Shown here: one piece after another, positions 11,401 through 21,585 of the stretch | Layout: every line of letters starts with the position of its first letter | Position numbering within the stretch: the first letter of the stretch is position 1 | Assembly (NCBI RefSeq): GCF_006345805.1 | Contig: NW_021836154.1 | Coordinates: 3,687-67,686 of the forward strand | Source: Octopus sinensis | Taxonomy: Eukaryota | Reading direction: 5' to 3' | Length of the DNA stretch: 64,000 nt | Notes under the pieces: model-generated | What the model saw: only the letters and a program-made list of their open reading frames with translations | The model's database searches: none | Told to the model about the DNA's origin: nothing | Program-made: the position numbers and the translations under genes

Positions 11401-14400
11401 TCAGCTGGTTATTAAATAAAGCTCAATATCCTTCTAGCCATCGCTCATCGTCTCTTTTTAACCAAATCCAGTGGTTAGCCTTTTTCACTGTAGTTTGGAT
11501 ATCGGTCATTGTGGTATTGACTTTACGATGAGTTAGAGTTAGGACCAACGATAACAACAGTCGTCTCACACTGGGTCCAACGAACCCTCTACATCTGACT
11601 TCAATTGGAAAATATTCCGCTTTCCAGCCTGTGTCTTCACATTTCTCGAGGAGGTTTACATAACGGTCAATCTTTCAAGTCCGGGCAGCATCCATGTTAT
11701 CTTCATGAGGAACCATTAATTCGACTAGATTCACGACTTTCTTTCCTACACACCACATTAAGATGTCCGTTTTTTTCATGACTGGGATGTGAAAGAGTCC
11801 TTGGCACCCAGGTAAATCTGCAGTCACCCCCCAATAGCCGTTCCACTTTTCATTTCTCACAGGAAGTTTCTTGATCTTCTTCTTGAAACGGATCCGCTGA
11901 CCTGGTCTCACGAAGGTAACGAAATCTCTAGATGGTACTTTTAACGGTTTTTCCTCAGTGTTGTTGAGATGAATTTGGTTCTTTATAGCATTGAAGATAA
12001 CCTTAAGGACCAAGTTGTGTCTCCATGTACACCTGTTCAATGCTAATGAACAGTTGGAAAGAATATGTTTCAGTGTGCCGACCCCTTCACATTTGCAGAT
12101 GTCATTCTCTAAGACGTTCCATCTTACTAGATTCATAGGTGATGGCAAAACATCATAAGATGAACGAATCAGGAAACTCAGCCGAGATGTCGTCCACTTC
12201 CACATCTCATCCCAACTTATCTTCCTCTCAACAATGTGTGTGTATATGTTTGTGTGTCTGTGTTTGTCACCCCAACATCACTTGACAACCGACGCTGGTG
12301 TGTTTACGTCCCCCGTAACTTAGTGGTTCGGCAAAAGAGATCAATAGAGTAAGTACTAGGCTTACAAAGAATAAGTCCTGGGGTCGATTTGCTCGACTAA
12401 AAAGGTGGTGCTCCAGCATGGCCACGGTCAAATGACTGAAACAAGTAAAAGAGTAAAGAGTAAGCCTCTTAAATACCAGACATCTTGACTGTGGAAAACG
12501 AAAGTTAAGTTCTTACTTTGTTGACCCTTGCTGTTGTTACCCCAGGTATTATCAAACCCGTTTGATGACATTGTCCCCAGGCAGTTGAAGCGACCGAAGA
12601 AGGAGAAGACGGAGGAGAAGAAGAACAAAAGTCAATCAAAGGCAACCAAGTAAGTGGCAGGCAGCAGCCCGTAGCTTTCTTCAGCAGTTTGTACTATTGT
12701 TGTTGTTGTTGTTGTTTGGCTCTGGGTCAGTCCTGAGCCTGAAGGTCTGCGACCAAAGATGTTTAACCCTTTAGCATTTAAACCGGCCATATCCGGCCAA
12801 AAGTATTCTGCCTGTTTTATGTGCAAACTGGCCAGATCTGGTCTCTCACACCTACCCTACAATATCGTTTTAAAAATTAACAGCTTCCTCATCAAAATCT
12901 CATAGCTACAAGATAAAGCAAGATTAGTTCAAAACAATGGATAAAAAAGGATTAATTTTGGTAGAATAATGCGTAGACTAAAGGGTTAATCTCTGCCATG
13001 ATGGTCCTATTTTTGAAATATAGAACACACACACACACACACATTCCCAATTCTCTCTCATCATTGATACATCTATCTTGACACACACATATATATGATG
13101 TTGTAGGTACAACATGTCCTTTGTCTATCTCCTTATCCTCTTGGAGATTTTAGGTATAATTACACTAATGTGTCCATCTGTTCTAATTTAATTAAATTCT
13201 ATGTCTTTGTGCAGCTGAAGATTGCTCTACATTTTAAATTGTTGTAATGATTGCATTATTCAATTAAATGGAGTCGCATGAAACGATCGTACTGCATTAC
13301 CTCTGGATATCCTTGTTGCTTATTTTGATATATATGTGTACATGTATATATATATGTGTGTGTGTATAGGTATGCATGTATATATATATTTATATGCCTG
13401 AATGTATGTAGTGAAGGCGCATGGCTCAGTGGTTAGAGCGTCGGACTCACAATCATGAAGTAATGAGTTCAAATCCCGGACCAGGCTGCATATCGTGTTC
13501 TTGAGCAAGACACTTTATTTCACATTGCTCCAATTCACTCAGCTGTAGAAATGAGTTGCAATGTCACTGGTGCCAAGCTGTATTGGCCCCTTTAACTTTC
13601 CCTTGGAAAACATTGTTGGTGAGGAGAGGGGAAGCTGGTATTCAGTCCCACTGTGTGGCACCTTGGGCAAGTGGATTTGGTAGACGGAAACTGAAAGAAG
13701 CCTGTCATATATATGTATATATATATATATGTACTGGAGCCTGGTGCAGCCTCCTGGCTTCCCTGATCCCCGGTCGTACCGTCCAACCCATGCTAGCATG
13801 GAGAACGGACGTTAAATGATGATGATGATGATGATGATATATATATATACGTATTTGTGTGTCTGTGTTTGTCCCCCAAACATCGCTTGACAACCGATGC
13901 TGGTGTATTTACGTCCCTGTAACTTAGCAGTTCGGCCAAAGAGACTGATAGAATATGTACTGGGCTTACAAAGAATAAGTCCTGGGGTTGATTTGCTTGA
14001 CTAAAAGGCAGTGCTCCAGCATGGCCACAGTCAAGTGAGTGAAACAAGTAAGAGCGAATAAAAGAATTTAACTTCTGTTGTTCATCCTGGGTTGGATGGT
14101 TTGACCAGAGCTGGAGAGCTGTGCCAGGCTCCAATGGTCAGTTTTGCCATGGTTTCTACAGCTGGATGGCCTTCCTCGTGTCAACCATTTCTATAAAAAC
14201 GTCCTGATGAAAGACAAAAACTGTTACTTTACTTGGAAAATGGTAAAAATTGGTGGCAGGGACGCCATCCAGTCATAGAAACCTGTTTTAGTAATTCCCT
14301 TCCGATCCATGCAACCATGGAAAAGCAGATGTTAAAACAGGTGATGGTTGTGCAATGACATTTTAAAATCCATTATTTCTTTGCAGAAATTTCAACCTTT

Positions 14401-17400
14401 TGTCGTTCGGAGAGGAGGCTGAAGAGGATGAAGTCGAAGTGAACAAAGCTACAAAGGTAAGCTGTGGAATACAGTGAAAGAGAGACAATCCATGACATGG
14501 TGGGCATCGATGGTGGGGGTGGGGATATATAGGCACAATGTACCCCCCCAAATTACTGGCCCTGGGCCAAAATTCTTTTTCTTCTTCTCCTCCTCTTCAT
14601 AATAATGATGATAATGATAATTTTTTCCCCTCTTATTTGTTTTGTTTTCTTTTTACTGGGCAGCCAGAGACAATATGGCTTTTTGTTTCTTCTCCATCTC
14701 CACACATTCTCCAGTGACTGGTTCTGTTTCTTTTTATTACATGTTTTTGGTGATTTCTAGCGCCACCTCGACTGGCTCCTGTGCCGGTGGCACATAAAAA
14801 GCACCATCTGAATGTGGCCAATGCCAGCACCGCCTTGACTGGCTTCCGTGCCGGTGGCACGTTAAAGCACCAACCGATCGTGGCTGATGCCAAACTCCCC
14901 TGGCACGTAAAAAACACCCACTACACTTACGTAGTGGTTGGCGTTAGGAAGGGCATCCAGCTGTAGAAACACTGCCAGATCAGACTGGAGCCTGGTGCAG
15001 CCCCTGGCTTCCCAGACCCCGGTCGAACCGTCCAACCCGTGCTAGCGCAGAAAACAGACGTTAAACGATGATGATGATGATTAGTGTCTTCTTTCAATTC
15101 TGATTCCATTTCTTGCCGAGTGTCTTCCTGACACCTAGGGCAGAGAAACATACTCTATACATTGGTAGGCCATTAAAACAAGCACGCCAGATTGTTTGTT
15201 TACAGAGTCATGTGACAGAGGAAAAAGGGGAAAAAAAAAAATAGAAAAGTAAACAAATAAAATAAAAGTAAACAAATAGGTGCAGGAGTGGCTGTGTGGT
15301 AAGTAGCTTGCTTACCAACCACATGGTTCCGGCTTCAGTCCCACTGCGTGGCACCTTGGGCAAGTGTCTTCTACTATAGCCCCGGGCCGACCAATGCCTT
15401 GTGAGTGGATTTGGTTGATGGAAACTGAAAGAAGCCCGTCGTATATATGTATATATATATATATGTGTGTTTGTGCCCCTAGCATTGCTTGACAACCGAT
15501 ACTGGTGTGTTTACGTCCCCGTTACTTAGCGGTTTGGCAAAAGTGACCAATAGAATAAGTACTGGGCTTACAAAGAATAAGAGCTGGGGTTGAGTTGCTC
15601 GACTAAAGGTGGTGCTCCAGCATGGCCACAGTCAAATGACTGAAACAAGTAAAAGAGTAAAAGAGTAAATAAAGTAAAGGGAGGAAAAAAGGAAAGAAAA
15701 TTTACATAAATAAATTTATTACTATTATTATTGTTATTATTATCATTGTTGTTATTATTATTATTATTATTATTTTGTGCAGGACATGCGTGGGAAAAGT
15801 AAAAGTAGTCACGACCTAACCGACGATCCAAAACTGAGCGCCACTCCAGCCATTGACCATGAAGAAGAAACACAGGAGAATGAAGATGCTCCGAAGAGTA
15901 ACGTATGTATATTCTTGCATGTGTATACGGATATATATATACATCCCTCTCTCTCTCTCTTTCGGAGAGGCACTGAGCAGCTACACACAGACACACATAC
16001 ACACACGGCAGTAACTTCTACCTACCTAACACACACACACACACACACTTAGCCACATATATGCTTTGTCTCACGCATACACACACACACACATGCACTC
16101 CGAGACACACACATACAATTACAAACATACAACCACACACACACAATCACATATATACTTTGTCTCACACATACACTCCAACACACACACACACACATAC
16201 AATTACATAGTCACACACACACAATCACATATATACTTTGTCTCACACATACACTCCAACACACACACACACACATACAATTACATAGTCACACACACAC
16301 ACAATCACATATATACTTTGTCTCACACATACACTCCAACACACACACACACACACATACAATTACATAGTCACACACACACAATCACATATATACTTTG
16401 TCTCCCACATACACATGCACTCTGACACACACATACAATTACATACATGCATACAGCCACACACACAAATACACACATTCTCACACACACACTTAATCAT
16501 GTATATGCTTTATCTTACATACACTCCAACACACACACACATACAACTACATACACACACACACACACACACATTATACCAAGTACATGTGCACAGGCCT
16601 ACTCACAACCACACACACACACACATACACACATGCACTCCAACACACACATACAATTACATACAGTCACACACAAACACACACATACAATTACATACAT
16701 GCATACAGCCACACACACGCTCAGCCACATATATGCTTTATCTTACATACACTCCAACACAGACACACACATGCATACAGCTACACACATACAGACACAA
16801 ACACACATGCAGGCGACCACACACACACACACACACACATACATGCTACCACACACATACACACACACACACACACACAGTATACCATGTACATGTACTC
16901 AGGCATACACATACACTCCAACACACACACAACTACATGCAGGCTACCACACACACACATACATGCTACCACATACACACACGCAGAGTATACCATGTAC
17001 ATGTGCACAGGCCTACACAACCACACACACACACATACCCTCAGATGCACACACACTGTACTCTCTGCTCACCCACTCACCTACCCACCCGCTAACCCTG
17101 CTGGCCCCTATTCTCTGTACTTGCAGTCAGCCAGTGATGGGGAAAGTGGAGAAGAGAGGATGTTAGACGAACCGGTGGCCAAGAAGAGCAAACTGACCCC
17201 TAAAGATGGGGATGGTGGTGACGATGAGGGGCTGGAGGAGGAAAGAACACAACAGCGGCCCCTGAAACCCTTGAAGGACTCTAATGTTGTTGACAGTAAG
17301 AAGGGAACCCCGGAGAAGAAACTGACTAGAAGGTACAGTTTTAGAACCCCCACTTTTTTGTTTTGTGTGTGTAAGGGATAAAGATCAATTTGTTGCTGAT

Positions 17401-20400
17401 AATAAACACTTATTAACCTCGAAATCTCCCCAATCTTCTTTTTCCATTGCAAATCTTTATATATAAAAGTGAAGTTGTGTGTCTGTCTACTCCGATCTAG
17501 ATTCCTAACTACTCCCACATTTTGCGGTGCAGTTTAACCAAAAGCGGGTATCTTATAGTCAAGATTCATATCGAGCCCTTCTGGGTATTAGCGCGCATCT
17601 ATGATGAGTCTACGTTTAAAAAAAAAATTTACCATAATTTTTCCTTGGTTTATATAAGGGAAGTAACTCTCTAAAAATGCTTATATAGTTATTTCCCTTA
17701 CAAACCCGAGCAACGCCGGGCGATACGGCTAGTAAATAAATAAATAAATAAATGTAGTTTCCATTTATTAATAGCATCAGTCCTAATAGTTTTTGATCAG
17801 ATCTCGTAAACACACACACTTGTTCTAAATTGTTTTTAAAGCGAAAGTGAAAGTAAGAAATATAATCTTATTCATGTGTACTTTTTGTTGTTTCCACAGT
17901 GAAGAGCTTCACTTAGAATCTGAGAAACTGAAGAAGGAAATCCGTGAGATGAAATACCCCAAGGCAGTCAATGCCATGGAAGAGAAAGGTGAGAAGGGTG
18001 ACATCTTTAACCCTTTAGTGTTTAAACTGGCCATATCCAGCCCAAATATTCTACATGTTTTATATCCAAACTGGCGATATCTGGCCTCTCACACCTAACC
18101 TACATTGACATTCTAAAAATAAACAATCACATCATTGAAACCTCAAAAGCTATAAGATAATGCAGGATTAATTAAAAACAATTTGAGTAAAAAAAATATT
18201 ACATTTAACAGAATAATCTGAACACTAAAGGGTTAATTGTAAATGGGTGTCTGTTGTTAGAGCCAGTTCACCTGTAATGGTCGGTTTTTCTAAGACATAA
18301 TGTAATCACAGCAATTGGATTTCATGCTGAGGAGAGTTAAATGTGATTTGAGGGAGATTTGGCTGTTAATGATATCTAGCTACCTTGAAGAGCAGGGTTT
18401 CCCAACCAGGGGTTCTGGGATAGCATTCCAGAGGATGCGAGCAGAGTCGGATTTATAGAGGGTCAAAGAGGGCAATTGCCCCGGGCCCCTTTATTCTTAT
18501 ATAAATTATTACTTTAAGGGATGCAAGAGCATATTAAAGATTTTCAGTGGTACGGGGCAGAAAAAGGGTCGGGAACCACTATTGTAGAGGTTTACTTTCT
18601 TGCTTCATCCATTAGTGTGTGTCTATATATATACACATACACACACACAGAGTATAGTGTAAAAATCTGGTGTAATGTAAAAGCTCACCTTTGCTGCAGG
18701 TGAGCTTTTACAAAGCATTGCTACATGTGTTTCAGCATAACATGTATTTTTATGGGGTCACCTCATGTATATATGTATTATTCTCTTTTACTCTCTTTTA
18801 CTTGTTTCAGTCATTTGACTGCGGCCATGCTGGAGCACCACCTTTTAGTCAAGCAACTCGACCCCGGCACTTATTCTTTGTAAGCCCAGTACTTATTCTA
18901 TCGGTCTCTTTTGCCGAACTGCTAAGTGATGGGGACGTAAACACACCAGCATCGGTTGTCATGCAATGCTAGGGGGACAAACACACACACACGTATATAT
19001 ATACATATATACGACGGGCTTCTTTCAGTTTCCGCCTACCAAATCCACTCACAAGGCATTTGTCGGCCCGAGGCTATAGCAGAAGACACTTGCCCAAGGT
19101 GTCAGGCAGTGGGACTGAACCCGGAACCATGTGGTTGGTAAGCAAGCTACTTACCACACAGCCACTCCTGCGCCTATTAAATTTTATATGCATAAATACA
19201 TGCACAAACACATAATGTTTTTGTGTCATCATCATCATCATCATCATCGTTTAGCGTCCGCTGTCCATGCTAGCATGGGTTGGACGGTTCAACTGGGGTC
19301 TGGGAAGCCAGAAGGCTGCACCAGGCTCCGATCTGATCTGGCAATGTTTCTACAGCTGGATGCCCTTCCTAACGCCAACCACTCCGTGAGTGTAGTGGGT
19401 GCTTTTTACGTGCCAGACGAGGCTGGCAAACGGCCACGATCGGATGGTGCTTTTTAGGTGCCACCGGCACGAGGCCAGTCGGGACGGCGCTGGCAACGGC
19501 CACGTTCGGATGGTTCTCTCACGTGCCACCAGCACTGGTATCTCAGCTGCAATTTCCATTGATCGATTTTGATTCTGATTCTCACTTGCCTCAACAGGTC
19601 TTCACAAGTAGAGTTTTGTGTCCCAAGAAGGAAAGGTATGCATAAGTGGACTGGCTACATCCCGTGTAGAGGCCACGGGTTATGGTCTCACTTGTCCTGC
19701 CGGGTCTTCTCACGCACAGCATACTTCCAAAGGTCTTGGTCTCTAGTCATTTCCTCAGTGTATGGTGTATATATATATACACACTTGTCTGCTCTTCCCC
19801 TGTCCCTTGTCTGCTTTTTCTCTCCTCCCTTACTCCTTGCTCTCTCATTTCCTCACTCTCTCTCTCTCTCTCTCTGTCACAGAACACACTGACCCAGGAA
19901 CAAAGAGTGAAGTCGTCGCAGAGTTCCGCAAAGAACGGGAGAAATACAAAGAGCTGAAATACCAACAAGGCAAGAACGGGCCCAACCGGGAAGAAATCAC
20001 GCTTGACTTGCTGTCCAAGTTCCAGAATCGGCTCCGTGCGGCCCAGAAGATCGGCGGCGATTATTCGATGATGACGAGACGGAGAGCAAAGATGACCCCA
20101 TCAAGGATGACACGAAGCCTGATGATGACACAGACGACATCAATGATATGTCTTGGTGAGTAGCTGTTGTTGTTTAGCCCCAGGTCAGCCCTGATCCAGT
20201 AGACAGTCCTGATCGAAATTGTTCCAGTTGTGACCATCACGTCTTTGATTCAGACATGGTGTATCTAGGACTACATTATCTAATGTGTCCTTCTTGTTGT
20301 TTAGCCACAGGTCAGTCCTGATCCAGTAGACCTATGTTCAAAGATGTTCCAGCTGTGACCATTCCATATTTTATTCAGGCATTGTGTATCTAGGACTACA

Positions 20401-21165
20401 TTATCTAATGTGCCCTTTTTTGTTTTTGTGTAGCTCCAGGTCAGTCTGATCCAGTAGACCTATGATCAAAGATGTTCCAGCTGTGACTATCCCGTCTTTG
20501 ATTCAGGCATAGTGTATCTAGGACTACATTATCTAATGTGTCTTTCTTTGTTGTTTAGCCCGTGGTCACTCCTGATCCAGCAGACCTATGATCAAAGACG
20601 TTCCAGCTGTGACCATCCCATCTTTTATTCAGACATAGTGTATCTAGGACTACATTGTTTAATGTGTCCTTCCTTCTCGTTGTGATGTAGCCCTAGGTCA
20701 GTCTTGATCCAGTAGGCCTATGATCAGAGACGTTCCAGCTGTGACCATCCCAGCTTTTATTCAGACATAGTGTATCTAGGACTACATTATCTAATGTGTC
20801 CTTCTGTGTTGTTTAGCCCATGGTCAATCTTTTTCCAGCAGACCTCTGATCAAAGATGTTTCAGCTATAGCATCTTCCATTCAGACATAGTGTATCTGGG
20901 ACTACATTATTTAAAGTGTATAAGAAACCCCCTAATTTTGGGGGTTTAAAATTCCCCCCCCCCTATTTCTCTCTCTCTTTCTCTCTCACTGACCCTTATT
21001 TTCTGTTGCAGGTTACGGCACAAGTTACACTTCATCGAACCCGACTTGAAGGTCCTCGATGCCAACGTCCACGACGTGGACCGCTACGAGCTCTTCGACC
21101 CCCGAAACCCCATCACGAAGCGGCGACGAGAGGCCAGCAAGCAGGCAATGGCATCGAAGAAGTGA
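2298..21165 (+). CDS. CWC27: Spliceosome-associated protein CWC27 homolog (cyclophilin-like), 11 coding exons, ~503 aa; needs a +1 nt correction near 20066
   Basis: Exons 2298-2339, 8145-8354, 8948-9091, 10877-10975, 12546-12649, 14387-14456, 15783-15902, 17127-17332, 17900-17988, 19883-20155, 21012-21165, all with GT-AG introns. Spliced peptide MSNIYIQEPPTNGK-VLLKTTVGDIDIELWSKETPKASRNFIQLCLEGYYDGTIFHRV...DEFHSRLRFVRRGLVAMANAG...NFNLLSFGEEAEEDE...YELFDPRNPITKRRRE matches CWC27 as I recall it. Confidence 0.97.
3690..3893. mobile_element. Palindromic non-autonomous element, probably Penelope-like; second copy 32074-32322
   Basis: ~50-bp inverted arms 3693-3740 and 3772-3821, shared ~250-bp family sequence at 32.1 kb, hammerhead-like core. 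Confidence 0.55.
3745..3794 (+). ncRNA. Hammerhead-like motif, U4C core variant
   Basis: CAAAAACTGT-CCGACGA-ACG GCAA CGG-GAAA-CTC A GAG-TA-ATAGATTTTG. Confidence 0.55.
5161..5582. repeat. 100-bp-period minisatellite derived from SINE family C
   Basis: GCAAGGTTTT recurs at 5261, 5361, 5461 and 5561. Confidence 0.9.
5578..5780 (+). mobile_element. RTE-clade LINE C-terminal fragment
   Basis: WRKRVKESVDTFERAR...CNVCSRGGLSKAGLVSH zinc-finger-like end, with an internal stop. Confidence 0.65.
6736..6770 (-). ncRNA. Minimal type I hammerhead ribozyme motif
   Basis: Minus strand GTTT-CTGACGA-A-GGGC TCC GCTC-GAAA-CGT-T-AAAT. Confidence 0.68.
7548..7946 (+). mobile_element. tRNA-derived SINE family A, full-length copy
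   Basis: A box TGGCTGTGTGG, B box GGTTCAGTCCC, internal (TA/TG)n, (GTAAAA)n tail. Other copies ~840-1280(-), 15278-15680(+), 18785-19175(-), 22752-23135(+), 29975-30372(-), 32835-33258(-), 56288-56675(+), 57765-58090(-), 58255-58650(+), 59484-59875(+) plus fragments. Confidence 0.9.
8145..8354 (+). CDS. CWC27: CWC27 exon 2 (VLLKTTVGDID...IYGYPFK)
   Basis: ccag|GTT acceptor, AAG|gtcagt donor, 210 nt phase 0-0, cyclophilin motifs FHRVIPNFIAQGGDP. Confidence 0.97.
8375..8935. repeat. (CT)n-rich polypyrimidine intron
   Basis: CWC27 intron 2 is almost entirely CT repeat. Confidence 0.95.
8948..9091 (+). CDS. CWC27: CWC27 exon 3 (DEFHSRLRF...KHSIFGK)
   Basis: caacag| acceptor after (CT)n, AAG|gtaagg donor, 144 nt. 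Confidence 0.97.
9990..10405 (-). mobile_element. RTE-clade LINE 3' fragment
   Basis: YGSKTW...QWYGHVLRRDEDHVLRRVL...GRPKKTW. Confidence 0.85.
10407..10665 (+). mobile_element. Two tandem 3' end fragments of a mariner element
   Basis: GIQELQHRWKKCVDRKGVYVEK* is the typical mariner C-terminus; the 3' flank TTGGTCAGCCTATGAGCTTTT is duplicated. Confidence 0.8.
10877..10975 (+). CDS. CWC27: CWC27 exon 4 (VTGNTIYNMLKLQE...ITSTE)
   Basis: gttcag| and GAA|gtaagt, 99 nt. Confidence 0.95.
11225..12235 (-). mobile_element. 5'-truncated HERO-like (RLE-type) non-LTR retrotransposon
   Basis: RLSFLIRSSYDVLPSPMNL..W, CCHC knuckle (C.C..GTLKHILSNC), WRHNLVL, DILMW...VELMVPHE, next frame KIDRYVNLLEKC...FPIEVRCRGF. 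Confidence 0.8.
12546..12649 (+). CDS. CWC27: CWC27 exon 5 (VLSNPFDDIVPR...KATK)
   Basis: cccag| and AA|gtaagt, 104 nt, ends phase 2. Confidence 0.95.
13209..13297 (+). ncRNA. Type I hammerhead ribozyme motif (canonical core)
   Basis: GTGCAG-CTGAAGA-long stem II-GAAA-CGATCG-TA-CTGCAT; 6-bp stem I, palindromic stem III ACGATCGT. Confidence 0.75.
14387..14456 (+). CDS. CWC27: CWC27 exon 6 (NFNLLSFGEEAEEDE...)
   Basis: ttgcag| and AAG|gtaagc, 70 nt, phase 2-0. Confidence 0.95.
14640..14760 (-). mobile_element. Small R4/Dong-like fragment (zinc knuckle)
   Basis: RMCGDGEETKSHIVSGCP. Confidence 0.45.
14770..15080 (+). mobile_element. SINE family C (V-domain-like core, RTE-type (ATG)n tail)
   Basis: GGCGTTAGGAAGGGCATCCAGCTGTAGAAAC...GGACGTTAAACGATGATG; many copies on both strands, e.g. 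9655-9930, 19225-19560, 25250-25500, 30505-30790, 31090-31360, 48960-49160, 53470-53670. Confidence 0.88.
15783..15902 (+). CDS. CWC27: CWC27 exon 7 (DMRGKSKSSHDLTDDPKLS...)
   Basis: gtgcag| acceptor; donor AAC|gtatgt keeps phase 0 with the next exon. Confidence 0.9.
15980..17060. repeat. Complex (CA)n-rich minisatellite
   Basis: Fills CWC27 intron 7; similar tract 28700-29062. Confidence 0.95.
17127..17332 (+). CDS. CWC27: CWC27 exon 8 (charged, low-complexity)
   Basis: ttgcag| and AG|gtacag, 206 nt, open frame, phases fit both neighbours. Confidence 0.85.
17453..17733 (-). mobile_element. Helitron/Helentron-like non-autonomous element
   Basis: Minus strand ACTAGCCGTATCGCCCGGCGTTGCTCGGG start and TTTTATATATAAAGAT end; same family at 24274-24674. 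Confidence 0.75.
17900..17988 (+). CDS. CWC27: CWC27 exon 9 (SEELHLESEKLKKEIR...)
   Basis: ccacag| and AG|gtgaga, 89 nt phase 2-1; similar to RSEELRKEARQLKRE of vertebrate CWC27. Confidence 0.9.
18393..18581. mobile_element. hAT (Charlie-like) MITE
   Basis: TIR CAGGGTTTCCCAACC / GGTCGGGAACCACTA, TSD TTGAAGAG/TTGTAGAG (7/8). Confidence 0.75.
19883..20155 (+). CDS. CWC27: CWC27 exon 10 (EHTDPGTKSEVVAEFRKEREKY...DMSW), with frameshift at ~20066
   Basis: cacag| and TG|gtgagt; conserved frame switches from ...IGGDYS to DDDETESK...DMSW. Confidence 0.88.
20163..20915. repeat. Tandem array of a ~120-bp SINE-tail unit
   Basis: About six copies of GTTGTTTAGCCCCAGGTCAGTCCTGATCCAGTAGACCTATGATCAAAGACGTTCCAGCTGTGACC...; arrays also at 340-670, 33921-34500, 46930-47450, 58853-59030 and inverted at 60070-61190. 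Confidence 0.9.
21012..21165 (+). CDS. CWC27: CWC27 terminal coding exon (WLRHKLHF...DPRNPITKRRREASKQAMASKK*)
   Basis: ttgcag| acceptor, TGA at 21163-21165, conserved C-terminal DPRNP motif. Confidence 0.95.
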
Positions 21166-21579
21166 CCGACCCGAGGCACTTCCACCGTTTGTTATCATAC
21201 CATCAATCCAACCATGGCCATCACCATTCAGTCATCGGTCACTCTCATTGTAAAACATCTGAACTCCATCCCCACCACAATCACCACCACCACCATCTTT
21301 GATTCTCTTATGACCTCCCACCCCCACAGCAAACACCTCTACCACTACTCCCCCCCGCCCGCCACCACACCCTACCATCCACCACCACCGCCACCGCCAT
21401 CCTCAGTTTTGGTGGTAGAACTGTTAAATAAGGAGAGGGTAGGGGCCAGACAAACCGTCACATGGCATCTCCACCCTTAATGGTTCCCCCCCACCCCTGC
21501 CCTCCTCCAGATTTTCTTATTTCATTTTGTTTCAGGAAATTCTCGTTAAAAAAAGGCAAAAAACAATAGATTAAAACAA

Positions 21580-21585
21580 AATAAA
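21580..21585 (+). terminator. Probable CWC27 polyadenylation signal
   Basis: AATAAA ~415 nt after the stop, followed by a T/GT-rich downstream element. Confidence 0.55.

Noticed and set aside
15898-15903. Alternative donor GTAACG for CWC27 exon 7
   Set aside because: Gives phase 1, incompatible with the next exon; GTATGT at 15903 fits
20163-20915. Regularly spaced repeats suggestive of a CRISPR array
   Set aside because: Eukaryotic DNA; units are full tandem copies without unique spacers
2298-21165. Calling CWC27 a pseudogene
   Set aside because: Only one lesion; all splice sites and conserved motifs are intact, so an assembly indel is more likely
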